A stretch of 64,000 nt of DNA, filler included, from Perkinsus olseni (taxonomy: Eukaryota), in NCBI GenBank assembly GCA_013115125.1. It is 3 parts of 3 records of this genome, joined end to end, with 100 filler letters (N's around TTAATTAATTAA, not from the genome) between each part and the next. Parts side by side here need not be neighbours in the genome. Positions count along the whole stretch, not along the records: positions 1 to 24,276 come from JABANN010000511.1; 2 more parts are not named here. One strand, 5' to 3'. Each line of letters starts with the position of its first letter. Positions within the stretch are counted from its first letter, which is position 1. The notes under the pieces are model-generated. The model saw only the letters and a list, made by a program, of their open reading frames with translations. It was not told the DNA's origin and made no database searches. The position numbers and the translations under genes are program-made. Shown piece after piece: positions 10,257-23,404 of the stretch.

Positions 10257-13200
10257 TTAGTATCCACCATAGCCCTTCCCCCAGCTGTCATAACCCTTCC
10301 CCTTCCCACCATATCCGCCGCCCTTCATGAAGCCTGGGCTAGGGGGTCGGAAGCCGGCCATGAACCCCTTGCCGGGAGCGTACCCAGCAGGGGACGGGCC
10401 GCCCTTGCCCCCGTACCCCTTGCCACCCCAACTGCCCTTCCCTTCGCTATACGATCCCTTACCATAGCCCTTCCCTGCGTTATGGTAATAACCACCTCCC
10501 TTACCTCCACTCGAGTAGCCTTTTCCGTACCCTTTGCCACCCTTCCCGGAAGCTGGCGGGGGGCCACTCAGGGATGCATTACCAAAGCTAAGCTGCTGTC
10601 GTGTTTGGAAGCCCAGCCTCTGGAGGCATTGCAAAATCATCCGCTTCGCGGGCTCCCCTCCGAAGCCTCGTAGACGGCCAGTCTCGCTCAGGTCGCCGTC
10701 GTTGAGGGTAGGGGTCGGCTCCCGAATGCCTGGCAGCAGCTTGGACTCGTGCAAGCGCTCAGGGTCGGGCTTGACTGGGTCCAGGAGCACTGTTGATACC
10801 ACTCGAGGATTCTTGACAGGGAAGCCATGGACCAAGACAGTCGGGACAGACTCCTGCTTGCCACCCATCGCGTAAGGTTGTGCTATACCGAACAGTGTCG
10901 AGCCATGGCCGTTGGGGTCGGTATAGGGCAGGTCCGCAATAGTCGCTTCCTTGTGAGTATCATGAACACTCTGCAGCTGAGGGGCCAGCGTGTCATTCAT
11001 GTGGACGAACAGCCTCGCGTCCTTGGGAGTGTTGCGACGCTTGCGCTCACCATCCAACTTGTCAAGGTAGGGCTGTAGGGCGGCTATAAGACGATCCTGG
11101 ACGATGAAAGGCAGCAGGATGACCGCTTGCCAGGTGAACTTCTTGCCGTTGAGGTCGAGGGCGAAGTCCTCTGGGTAGAAGTCTATGATACCTGATACAC
11201 CGCAGCGAGGATGGAAGAGCAGCAGCCGCAGCGGCAGCAGGCGGGATTGGGGCTCACAGGAGTTGGGCTCTGTCATGAGCTTCTGCATCTCCAGAGGGAT
11301 GTCCGCCGGCGGGCCAGAGCGAGGCGGCAAGACTGCCATGAGCTGCTGTAGTGGGAGGAAGGGCTGACATCACAAAGCGATCGAACGGCCTCGTGTCCGA
11401 GTTGACCGCCCACTGACCTTCCCCTTGGTGTAGTAGGAGGCCTTGTTGCATTCCAGAGTCGAGCAGCCTACCAAGTCCGTGGCGAAGGGGGCATAATGGT
11501 AAGGGTAAAACCAATCCCATGATACCACGCCCTGAGGGGAAGTAGGAGCTGGACAGAGAGCAAGAAGGCATGCTGTTACCTGGTAGTAGTACTGCAGCAC
11601 CCAGCACATGCCCTCAACATAAGCCCTCCTTATCCGAGGTATGAAGTCAGCAAAGTCCTCCTGGCTCACGTGGAACTTATCCGTGTAGTATCTGGAACAC
11701 GTGATGAATGGCACGATGGTGGGAGCTTCATGAGCAACTAGAGAGCTTCATAACCTCCCGCGGGTTCGAATCTACCCCACGGAACTCCCTCTTACCTCTG
11801 CTTCCACGAGTGCTCGCCGCCCTCACCAAGACGAATCCTATCGGGGTACTTCTCTCCAAGATCTTGCTTATCTCTCACACGCTGTCGAACTGTCTCTTGG
11901 AACTCGATCACCTAATCACCCATTATGCCAATTCCGACCTCAAAGATTCTCAGCAAGCAGCAAGCTAAGATACGATCGAGCCCACCTCTGCCGAATCCAA
12001 GTGCTCCTCATTCTTCTCCTCATCACTCTGAGGGAACACCGGCGGGGTGGCATTTTCCTCCTCCGTGAGCGTCGTGCGGTGCCTACAAGAAATCGCGTCA
12101 ACACAGCCCTGCCACCACCCACACGGGATGCCTACCTTCCCTGCTTCCCAGTGGGGACCTCAGCTGGCTCCGCAGGGACCTGACCGTGCACTATCACACA
12201 CCAGTCAAGAAGAGGCCGCCTACCTTCTTCGGTTTTTCCTTCTCTGTATCGCTGGTCGGGTCAGCAAGGGCTGCCAACAGCTTCCGCGCCTGCAGCACGT
12301 TCGCGTCCTCCAATGGGCGTCTGAAGGGGAGGAGAATTCGAAAGGAATAGAAGACTCCTTAGACCGTACTTCGTCCGACTGGAGTTAGCCCCACCACCCT
12401 TCTGATTGATGTATCTCCCCTGAAGACGCTGCTGCTTAAACCTGACCAGAATAGGGTGATGATTGTGAGCGTCGAGGGACCGGGGAAGCCACCGGCGCCG
12501 CACCTGTCGTCACGGGCAAGTCTACGACGGAAGACTTCATCCTCGACCCGTCCAAGGTAGTCAAGGAAGACCTCTACCTGAAATAGACGGGGAAATCAAC
12601 AGGGAGAGAGAGCGAACAACGCGGTGAATCCTAGCAGAAATGAGCGGACATGGTGAAACATGCAATAGCGAAATATCTTTACTTCACCCGTGCACATGAC
12701 GGAGAGGTTACGGTGTGTACTACCTGTACTAGATTGACCTCGCCTTGGCAGGTAAGATAATCTGTGAGGGTTGGGAGGATCTCAACGTAGAGGCAGATCA
12801 TCTGGTCGATCGACCCATCGCGGATGTTGAGGGATGGTAAGTGGGGTAAGAAATCATTACCGACGAAGAAGCACCTATCATGGTACATCACGAAATAAAA
12901 GATACTCCTCTATTACATGAATACAAAGTCATCAATGACTCTCTCTATATCAAACGGGAATGGCAGAATACACTTCTGATTGGGTGGGCAAAAGGCTGTG
13001 GTGAACTGCTCGATGAGATACTCTCGGAGAACAGGTAAACTGAAACTAGGCAACCTCACGATCGCCGACGCCCCCACGCCTTATGATCCACCTTATTATC
13101 TGGAAGGGCTTCATCTCGAGCATGTTCTCGTCCTCCTCAGCGTCATCTCCCAAGTCGGGCTGCTGATCATCGCCCGTACATTCTGACGGTAGATGGCCGA

Positions 13201-14632
13201 CTTTGCCGCACAAGTAGCACTTCCGTTCCTCAGGCTTCAACACAACCTGATACCACTCCATCCGCACATCCTACACTGATGATGGAGGGCCTACCTCACG
13301 GATGATGTAGAACGATATCTCGTGCGTCGCCAGGCCGAGCATGATGAGATCCGCATCAGCCCCGTACAGCATGTGAGTGGTGTTAGGATTGTAGCCCTCC
13401 TGACCACCGATAGAAGAATCGACGGACGGAAGGCGGACGACGACAAGTACTACCATCATTCTTTGCTTCCTAATGAAGTCCATAATCTTATGTTCACCCT
13501 CCCCAGGGGATCCAGCATCACTAAGGATACATCGGAAGCCCAGCAGCTGCCACAGCGGGTCGTTGGTCATCCTATCGCTAATGTACCTGCCGTCGTCGAG
13601 ATGTCCGTAGCACCAATACAGTCGTCGCAGTCGACAGCCCACACTACCATTGAAGCATCTGGGCTACTCTATCAAGGAAGGGAGTGCCGGGTGTGATGAC
13701 GTTGCTGTCCCAAGGGACACCCTTCTTGCTTGGCGGCTCTCTTCCCTCCTTCACCATTTGCCGTCGGAGCTTCTCCTCTTCTTTCATCTGCTCGGAAGAA
13801 ATACCCGGTCCGCGCCGGCCTTCATCAATCCCCACTATTAAAAACGCGCCGATCATATTGTTACAATACTGACTGATAGTGCGGTTTTGTGACAAGAGAG
13901 GGGATTCACTAACATGACGGTGATAGGGATAATCATCATACTGTCATTCCATCAGTATGGTTTGGTATGACCTGATGACCGCCGCCGCCGCCGCCGCCGC
14001 CCCTTCCCACCTGTTCCGTAGCCTCCCGGGCAGCCTTGAATCTTCTTGCCCTCTGTTGATTCATCTTAGCTCGTGGTGCAACACCATCGATAGCAACGTA
14101 CAGTAACTTCCGTGGACGAACGATACGCACTAGCCTGAACCAGCGATCATCATCATCATCATCATCATCATCATGAGCAGCGGGGGGGAGAAGCGATCGT
14201 TGTCGCATCAAGGAAGGCTCTTCCCTCCCCGGCGACCTACCGATCGACGTAGCGCATTATATTAAGGAACATGACATCTTCGTTCTCAGGGGTCATACCA
14301 TCTTCCGGGTGACAGCAAGGATGGATGATACCTGATCATACCAATAACCAGACAGATATCTTTCCAGTCGAGAAAGAGCCCACTTACCGTTAAGATCCAA
14401 GTACAAGTTATCGAACTCAATCCCATTAGGATTGGGCTCTTCGAAGTCAACTGGGATATCGTACGTATCTGAGATGGCCACAATCAGAGGGAGGCCTGGC
14501 ACAGGGAGGGGTAGTAGTACTAGCGCCATCTCCGCCTTCGCCGGGGACCTCAATACAAGCCTTCTCTACTGCATCCTTGATAACCTTCGGGTATCGTGTA
14601 CAGAGCCAACGGAAGAATGTGGGGACTCCCAT
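10257..14632 (-). CDS. XRN2: 5'-3' exoribonuclease 2 (XRN2/Rat1), multi-exon
   Basis: [79 protein letters not shown] knuckle, [30 protein letters not shown]. Confidence 0.96.
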
Positions 14633-14762
14633 ACAGTGGTGGCGGTAGTAATCCCCTCAAGGAAGGATGAATACACCAACAAGGAGGGCTGCAACGGATG
14701 GACAGTCGAACGAGGGCAAAGAAACGCAACATAGGGTCATAAAATGCAGAAAGTGAGCATTC

Positions 14763-16005
14763 TCAAGTGGCGGGTTGTGGTTCGGCTGTTGCTGGCGATG
14801 CTTCAACCTCTTTTGCCACTTTTCCTTGTTCGGTTTGCACGGGCGATACCTGACGGCAACGCTTGAACGGCGACACGCGAGAGTTGGAATTCGACAGTAT
14901 AGAGCCCACTGATCGAGGCGCGAGCATCTCACTCAGACTGCCTTCAAAGTAGAACAGGCGATAATAATTGGATAATAGAGAAAGAAGAAACGTATGATAG
15001 CTGATACCATTATCACCTCCGGAAGAGGTTTCTTGGGGGCAGCTGGTATCCTATTCGTGGCATCCACAGCCAGCTCCTCATTGATGCGATCCAACTCGGC
15101 CAAACAGTCAGCGTCATCTTCCGGTACTCCCGCACCTTGAAAAGGACACGTTCCCCTCGTCACAGAGGGGCAGCAGCGTACCAGTAAGGGCTGAGCTGAT
15201 CTCCGCCATCTCTGCCTGCGCATCAGCGTTGTCCTGCAGCAGCTGGTCAACATATTCGACACCTGCCCAAGTGACCAAAGATACCTCAACCGACCTCGAA
15301 GATACGCCCTACCTCCGATTTCATTCTGGATATCTTTCAAAGCCTTCGTGCCGGTCGCCAAAGCAGACACTACATCAGCTTGGACCCGGGCCATCTCGAC
15401 CGACCCTATCAACTCTGCCACCTACAATTTACGATTGGAGTGGTACCGGCTGGCACGCATGCACACGGACCTTGGCAAGATATCCTTCCGTTTCATCAAG
15501 CAGCTGCTCGTGGTGCTTCTTCTTCCTTAGGGCTAGCAACGCTACTTGCTTGTTCTTCTCTCGAATGCACCTTCGAGCGGCCTGCTCGTCCATACCTACC
15601 TGACACAGTCCAACATAGCGAGACCAATGGCTGTCGGGTGATTCATCAAGCCAGATTCGGTAATATGCACGCTTCAACCTCGGATACCCAACACTAACGC
15701 CTCAGGAATGACGAGAGAAAAACTACACTGAATATGCGTGAAAACGTACAGATCTCATGCCAGGCTTCGTTTCAATTGCGTCTTAGGAACCCCTGGTCTC
15801 CTCCGTCAGGATACGAACCCCGCCATAAGAATGCTACTACCTGCACCCGCAGCTTCCTCTTGTGAATCTCCAGCTGATCTCTCTGAACTTTCAGGTCCAA
15901 TATTGCCCGGTCATTGTCATCAGTTCGGACGGTCTTCGGCGGCCGTCGTCCCCGTTGCCTCCCATCCTCACTATGGGAACGCCGTCGGGAGAAGAGCCCT
16001 CCCAT
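14763..16005 (-). CDS. VPS20: ESCRT-III subunit Vps20/CHMP6 (Snf7 family), spliced
   Basis: Myristoylation-type start MGGLFS; DRAILDLKVQRDQL; ALLALRKKKHHEQLLDET; IGSVEMARVQADVVSALATG. Confidence 0.88.
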
Positions 16006-16184
16006 TCAACCCGAAAAATCAGAAACTGTCAACGCTGAGCCCTGCCCGTCTGATCCACGACTCCACCCAAACGACGGCGGGATGGACGAAACGTCACTGG
16101 TGCTATAAGGGACGCGAGCAACAGTAACAGGACAGCCTTTCGAGATATAACAGTGGTAAAATACGTTCGGGAGGGATGGGCTCA

Positions 16185-18604
16185 TCACTCCTCAGCCTCC
16201 ATATCAATATCGTCTTCATCATCACCCATGGGGGCCGCCGCGGCAGCATCGTCGTCATCCTCATCACGATCCGCGCGCCGGACCTCACTCTTGCCCGCAT
16301 CTTCATCTTGCGCACCCGGAAGATTTGGGAAGGCCGAGCAGATAACGCCTGTAAAATGAACCCTTCTACCCTGATAAGCCGCAGCGGGGCAACTTACCGG
16401 TATCAGTGACATCCCAGAGTACAGGGGCCTGGCCAGCGAAGACGCAGTAGTTGGGGGCATCATCGGAGCTTTGGGCTTGGAAAAGCGGGCCCACGCCAAG
16501 GTTACGTTGATACACCTATAAACACGACGGCTCCGAGACCCTAGTCCACGTGGACCACTACCAGCTTCGGTGCGGCGGTTCCAGCTCCCATGTCCCAGAT
16601 CTTAGCGTACCCGTCTACACCGCAGGTCAAAAGCATGGAGCAGTCGGGAGTGGCCGTGTCGGCCATGGAGGTACCTAATAATAATAAGATTCTTAGCGGA
16701 GCGATGCAGAGTGGTGGTTGGTCCTACAAGCAATATCGTGGGCTTGCATGGTCCAGATAGGTTTATCCAGCGACCCCTTCCGAGAGTCGAAACACATGAC
16801 GTGACCGAGCTCAGTAGAAAGTAGCAGCTCGTTGGGGTTCCTCCGCAGCCACATCATCTACAGCAACACAGGCCACTACTAGGAGCCCTCCCCTATCCAG
16901 GGACGGCTTTGAGCTTGCAAAGGCAGAGACCCCCCGGCCAGCAAACCGTCCACCTACCGCTTCCGGGTCACCACTGCCCTGCGGCAGGGTTGCCTTAGCC
17001 ACCGTCTTGCCGGCTTTGATGTCACTGACAGTGACGGTGCGATCATATCCAGCCGAGGCTAGGATAGAGTCCTGCTCCAGACTCCATGATACGCACTGGA
17101 CCTTGCCGTTATGGGCTTCCTCCAAGGTACCTGGTACTCAATCTTGCCCATCTCGCACCTCCTCGACATTCGTCTATCGTTGCTAGTGAACACGCCGCTA
17201 CAACGCATCAAAGACGTTCAAGGTTGACCCTGGACTTACACACAGGCTTAGTCGTCATCAGATCCCACACTTTAACAGTCTCATCAGCACTACCGCTGGC
17301 CAAGGCCGTCGGGGCAACTCGGCTGACATCCAGGCACATGACAGGGCCTGTGTGGGTTTGCGGCGAGATGCCGTTGGCGTTCTTAGTGACGTTCTGAGAC
17401 GGGAGGTGGGCTCCAATGGCTGCGGGATCGGACTAGTGTAACAAATGGATGCAAACAACGAGTGCCGCAAACCATACACGCCCAGTGGGAATATTATCCT
17501 CAGAATAAGCCAGTTTCGTGGTCTGCGGGCGAACTGAACCCACGACCTTCAGCTCAAAAGCGTGACACTCCACCGCTCTGCCAGAGCAGTTGTTCCCGGC
17601 CACAGCTACAAACTAGGCTCTCGACGTCTAACGGTTACTCTAGTAGCATATTACTGGTGATCCCTCTATGACGGAGAACCCCTCTGAAGACACTATCCAT
17701 CCTCCTAGGACTGACCTTCTTCTTATTCCGTCGCTTCTTGCTCTTCCCCTTCATCTCAGCCTTGCACACTCCCAGGGTCGCCGTTGGCTCCATGCAGTCC
17801 ATCAGAGAGACGTCCCAGATATCAATGGATTGATCGAACGTGCCTGGAAGGAGGCTACCACAGCATCGCCCTCGGCTCCGGTATTACCAACAGCGAGGAA
17901 GGACTCCGAGCCCTGAGCTGACCCAGCCACCTTAGGCAGCCATGCAGTGCACAGCGGATAGGACGTCAATAGGAGATCGTGATGGACGTACCTCAACCAG
18001 GGGCAATGAAACCCTCCTCGATTCCCCCTCCCTCCCTAGTACATTCCGCCCTGCTTGGTGTCGTAGAGGTAGACCTCCAAGCTGCAAGCATCATCCTCAG
18101 CATTGGCAGCAACGAACATGAGGTCACTGTCCTTGATAGTGTAGTAATCATCGGGGCCTTCTGATCCAGCCTCGCTGCCAACATCATCATCACCGGTCAT
18201 GTACGGATCCTTCTCCTTCGTCAAACGAGCATCCTACAAGGCCCCTCTCGTCTGCGCACAGCGAAGATTTAAGATACTCTATCACCTGATCGAGCTCCAC
18301 GAAAAGGTTGGCAAATCGATCCGTCTCCACTTCGTCATCATAGTCGTCCATATTGAACTCCTTCTCGATGCTTTTAGCGGCAGCATCATCCTCAGCATCT
18401 ACGCCAAGTCCAGCATGCCTCCCGACCCCAACCACCATCACTACTACTACCGCCCTCGTCCCCATGGGCCTTCTGCTGCTGCAACTGCTCCTCCAAAAGC
18501 TTCTTCCGCTGCTCCCGAGCTGAATCGGCGGCCTCCACGTTGCCGCTGTTCATGGCCGCTCGAGGCAGCCAACGGATGGAGGTGATGGTGGACTTGCTAT
18601 CCAT
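16185..18604 (-). CDS. PWP1: Periodic tryptophan protein 1 (WD40), spliced
   Basis: ITSIRWLPR, FNMDDYDDE, LEVYLYD..MYVHHDLLLTSYPLCTAWL, LASGSADETVKVWDL, ILASAGYDRTV. Confidence 0.9.
17519..17590 (-). pseudogene. Degenerate tRNA-Lys(TTT)-like sequence or tRNA-derived SINE head inside a PWP1 intron
   Basis: Perfect A-box TGGCAGAGCGG, CTTTTGA loop, AAGGTCGTGGGTTCAGTTC; stems pair poorly. Confidence 0.55.
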
Positions 18605-19101
18605 TGACTAGGAGGAACTGCTGTGCCAGGAGTTGAACCGGGGACCTCTTTCTGTGGTTGAAAGGGCCCTGCAGGGACCAATGGAGTGCTCCAGGGCCAC
18701 CGTGGGACCATTTGGGATACGATGGGCGATCCACGATTTGTCGAAATGCATGCCCCTGAAGATGTGCAACGGACGATTAAACATCGCGCGAATTCGTTCG
18801 AAAAAGTTGAGTTTTTACGCAGGCTAAATCGGCGCATGTCCGATTCTCTTAGATTGCATTCTTTTCGTTCATAGGTTCGAAGCTGCTAACGCTTCGACCT
18901 CAGTGCGAATATCTTAGGTTAAGTTGTAGTGCAATATATTGCACGAAAATACAATTCGACAACCTGACACATTGCTGTGTAATTGAAGTATTATTGTGTT
19001 AGCTGAGCTATAAGGTTTCGGTTGTTAGTTGTCCGTTTAGCATGATAAGTTTACGTTTCGTTTTTTTAACCCACCCTCTCCGCCCGGGGGGGAGTTTTGG
19101 G

Positions 19102-19306
19102 GACTAAGCTGTAGTACCAGAATTTATAGACTGTCTGTATGTGTACTGGTCCGCCAATCGGTGCTCGATTTGGTTAGCCTGATCGTGACTGCTGATGTGT
19201 TGGGATGGGATTCAGTATCCGCATCAGTACGAGTAACATCAGCGGTGTTGGTGTGAGCGATCTATCGACCATTGGCGGCCACCACCTTTACTACTACAGC
19301 TGAGTC
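19102..19306. repeat. Fold-back / MITE-like element with 15-bp terminal inverted repeats
   Basis: GACTAAGCTGTAGTA (19102-19116) versus TACTACAGCTGAGTC (19292-19306), 14/15 complementary, plus nested inner inverted repeats. Confidence 0.5.
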
Positions 19307-19521
19307 AACACGTTACCGGGTTTCGGATATGGGCCAATTACTGATGATATATGTGTGATTGAGTTGATGGGTTCTTGAGTAGTGTGGAGGGAAAGGATTG
19401 TATGCTGAAGATACAGAAGAGGTCGGATCCGAGCTCATCCGAAACTGACTACTCACGAGCATTCTACGATTCTCCGCGCTCGGAAAGTGTCTTGTAGGCC
19501 CCTTCAAACTACATTGCCTCA

Positions 19522-21306
19522 ATGCCTTCGTCACTGCCACGATTTCCGCTGCTCCGGATATCAATGGCGCTGCTTTCAGCATGGACTGCCAATGCCTACG
19601 AGTTTGATGCGTAGCCCCTTTCCCCTGCGGCTGCTCACCCTTCCACTTTGGCGTCCGTCAGGTACAGCGGCAAGAGAGGCTGGTTGGAAGACCACAACTA
19701 CTTCCGCTGCTTACACGGTGCCCCTCCATTACACTGGGACGAAGCGCTCGCTCGGAGATCAGAACACTGGGCACGACAGTTGTCATCATTCAGAGAGCCT
19801 CGGCACTCGGACAGCTTCAACGACCCTCCACCCTCTGCCGAGAGCATCATGTGGTACACCGGCAAGGCCTCCCAGTTCTGTCGCCGCAACGAGGAAGACT
19901 ACAACCAGCACTGCGCGGTCTTGGGCTGGTACATGGAGTACGACGAGTTCTACCGTTGCCACAGTGAAGTCGATTGGTGGAAGCTCGACATCAAGAACAT
20001 TGGCCACTTCAGTTCACTGGTCTGGACTAGTATCGATCGTCTTGGCTGTGCTCAGCATGGCGACTTCTTCGTATGCAACTACGGCAACAGCAAGTGCAAC
20101 AGACGGCCCGAGGATGACCACACTTGTCTGTGGAACCAGCCCGAGGCGCCCCTCCTGCCCAACGTCAACAGAGCCACTCGCTGCAACGCCTCCTACGATC
20201 ACTGCATCAAATGCCGAGGTGACGAGAAGTTGGATAAGGGGACGTGTGGGCCCTTGAAGGTTCAACTGGTGAGTCCCTCCAGCTTTGGTGAAGCCGTTGC
20301 CAAGGGGCTGGCGGTAGTGTACCTTCTCAGACCCAACCCTACGGGCACGCTCGAGGCAAGCCACTTACGGTAAGAGTCCTTCACGAGCTCTGATTCGTAG
20401 AAAGTCTGAATTTTCTTATCCTCTCTGAGCACCTTGGCCCGGCTGTTCGTTTCTGTGCGCTGGATGACTCGGCGGAGTTGATTTGCTATTGCTCTCAGAA
20501 CGTCTCGTGGGAGCAGTTTACGAGGAAATCGAAGATCGAGGTAGGCTGAATCACCAGAGGGTCTTTCTGCAAAATTTTGGGGTTTCAGGCTGTCAACTTC
20601 GCCGTGCATGGAGACGAGTCCTTCAAGAGTCGGGGTACCGTGGATGTAGGGACTCAATCTAGCCGGGGCCCCGCTGGTATGATCGATCTCCTTGCCAGAT
20701 GCCACCGGAACTGGAGCATGAGCGATACAGTTCACCGACTCCCTCACTGAGGACAAGTGCTGAAAAAGAAACAACAATCACAACGAGGGCTACCACCACG
20801 ACTACTACCATTACCTCTCCCACTATGACGATTACTACCTCCACTACTCCCACTGTTGGCGCTACCATACCTCTGCATGTGGCAGCGACTACTCGTGCTG
20901 CTCTTCCGAGAAGGATCCAGCCCTCGAAGACGGTGCCACCACCCAGCGGTGCAACAACGGAGAAGGCCAGAATCAGGACCAGGGATAGTCATGACAGCAA
21001 ACCACGCCCTAAGCGTCGAAGGAATAAAGACACTCCGAGTCAAGTACTCCCGAAGGGTATCACCACTCCGGTCCATAGCGGTTGTCGTTATCTCAGTTCT
21101 CCCGCGGTGGACGTCCGATCGCTCCCGAGGTGGCTCACAATGTGAGTGAACTCATGACGGAGTCGTTTATTCTTATGCCTTCTGCTCTTGTTCAGGTAAC
21201 GAAGGCCAGGCTGACCTTCGCCGAGATATTCAACCTGTTGAAGGCCCAGTTCGGTGATGATGATTTGGTGACCCTGATATCAAATGCTTCGCCCTCGGTC
21301 CTATGA
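19522..21306 (+). CDS. CAP/SCP (PR-1/allergen V5-like) secreted protein 1 with a Thr-rich stalk
   Basis: Signal-peptide-like N-terminus; WLEDHNYFRCLHGAPPLHWDEALA; IGHFSSLVW; LGCA..FFVCNY; Thr-rich exon. Confidence 0.85.
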
Positions 21307-21736
21307 ACAGTCCTCTCAGGTGCCAAGGAGACCAAGAAGGGCCACTGCTATCAACTCTAGGATACGAGTACACGCAGACCCCGGGGTGGCCACCCCCTCA
21401 AGCCGTGGAGGGGTTTGGGAAAGAATTGTCGATCGCTCCCACGCTACAGTGAGCGAGCTCTCATACACCCTCACCGTGCTTCTGCCATTCTCCTTTTAAT
21501 ATGGCTGGATAACCTTTGTATCCTTGTCCTTCGCTATGTTGACTACAGTAGCTGACTGTCCGTGCCCCAGCGTCGTGTCACATGATCCACGTGTATTGTA
21601 CTGAGCCCTTCTGTGCTCACTTGCCGCCTTCGGCGCTACCTCTCATTCTCCTTGTGTTGTCAATACCATTACTTGATGGGGGCCGGCCGTGTCTTGTGGA
21701 GTTGCTGCTCTCAAAGGCCCCTTTCTACACTTGTCA

Positions 21737-23261
21737 ATGTCCGCTCTCGGAGGAGGTCTCCTCCCTCGGGCCCTCCTGTTTATTCTTCTCTTCCCGCTCC
21801 CCTCTCCCGCTTGGGAGTACCAATCTGTTGGAGGTAAGGAGGGCTGGCTGGAGGACCACAACTACTTCCGATGCCTTCATTACGCCAAACCCCTCATGTG
21901 GGATAACAAGCTCGCTCATAAGTAGGAGGCCCATCAGGCTGCGGCCATCGGCCAATTGTTCCTCTTCAGGGCAAAGATTGTCGCTCAGCACATCCAAGAG
22001 GTCAACATGCTGAGCCACTCGCCAAGCTACGATCAGATCCCTCCTTCGGGGGAGAACCTCGCCAATGGCACAGCCGGTGCCCCATCCTGGTGCAACAAGA
22101 GAAGTCAGCTGTTCAACCAGCATTGTGCTGTGGGGGCATGGTACAAGGAATACGAACAGTACTGGAACTGCGATCCTAGCAAGGACTGGAAGACCATCCA
22201 CCGACTGGGTCACTGGACTGCCATGATTTGGAAGGGCACCAATACCCTCGGATGTGCCGTATCCTCTTCGGGCCATCACTTCGTCTGCCACTACGGCAAC
22301 AGCAAGTGCGACTCGACCAAGGACATGTGCATGATTGAATCCCGAGCTCAACAGCCGATGGGGCTGCCCAACTTCAACACTCCACAGTGCGAGGGCGAGG
22401 AGTGCGTCGCTTGCCTAGCCAGGTCGGAGCCGCAGAGGCGAGCGAGGGAGAAGTTCTGTCGACAAGCTCACCTTCATGTAAGTCCGGAAGGGTTTTTCGG
22501 GATGAATGTTGTCCTCTCTTCAGAACGATCCGCCGCATCAGCTGCCTGGGCGAGATCCCCGTAAGGTTTACCGAACCCTCCGCCCGCCCAGGATCGCAGG
22601 CAGCCATCCATCGACGTGGAACGTGAAGGACGGCGGCTGGCGGGAGACTTACACCAGAGGAAAGGATGGCAAGCCCAGCAGGCATGTTCCGGACCCTCAG
22701 TACAAGCCTGAGCTGGATACTAAACCCCCTCGCCGAGCAACGACTACTACTACCACCACGAGGAGACAGCCTATCGTTACCAGGACCACTACCACAACCA
22801 CCACTACTACTACAACCACTTGGACAACCACTACTGCTGCCTCTACTGTCCGGACTAGGGCTTCGACTCGTCCGGTAAGGTCTCCTCAGACGACGACACA
22901 GCCTGGGTTCTCTCCTCGGACCATCGATGTCGCCGGAATAGTGAGGAGCTCACTAGGCGAAGATACGGCCCAGCTGTCCAAAGCAATCAGAGCCTTCCAA
23001 AAGAACCCACGGCTGTTCGTACGACAGCTCGCTGCCTTCCTCAGTATAGTACAATCTCTCACCTATCGCAAGATGAGGGTAGATGAGTCTTATCTCAGTA
23101 GTGTAGCGACCGAGGTGTTCGGCACCAGTCCTTGGCAGTGCCGTTTTCGGATCGTCAAGGCTGGCAAGCACTTCAAGGCCCTGGGGCGGAGACGGCGATC
23201 TAGGGCTGTTATGAGGGTCGGAGAGCTTCTCATACAGCTAGCTGCTGCCATCCCTCGTTAA
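21737..23261 (+). CDS. CAP/SCP secreted protein 2 with a Thr-rich stalk
   Basis: WLEDHNYFRCLHYAKPLMWD, SGENLA, LGHWTAMIWK, LGCA..FVCHY; poly-Thr region. Confidence 0.88.
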
Positions 23262-23404
23262 TTGTCCACACATGTTCATGTTACCTTTGTTAAGGCACCT
23301 TGTGGATCGTAGTGTACTCGGCCTAGCGTTGAGGGAGATCCATCTACGGGCCTTCGCTCCGCTCCCTGCGAGCGATTCCACTTGCACCAGACCTGTTCGA
23401 TATA

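Noticed and set aside
11760-11775. Isolated GGTTCGAATC in an XRN2 intron and GGTTCGATCC at ~40442
   Set aside because: These lack the AGGTC context and an A-box, and short B-box cores alone arise by chance.
19170-19183. 14-mer TTGGTTAGCCTGAT shared with 63903-63916
   Set aside because: Matches of this length are expected by chance in 64 kb and the flanks do not align.
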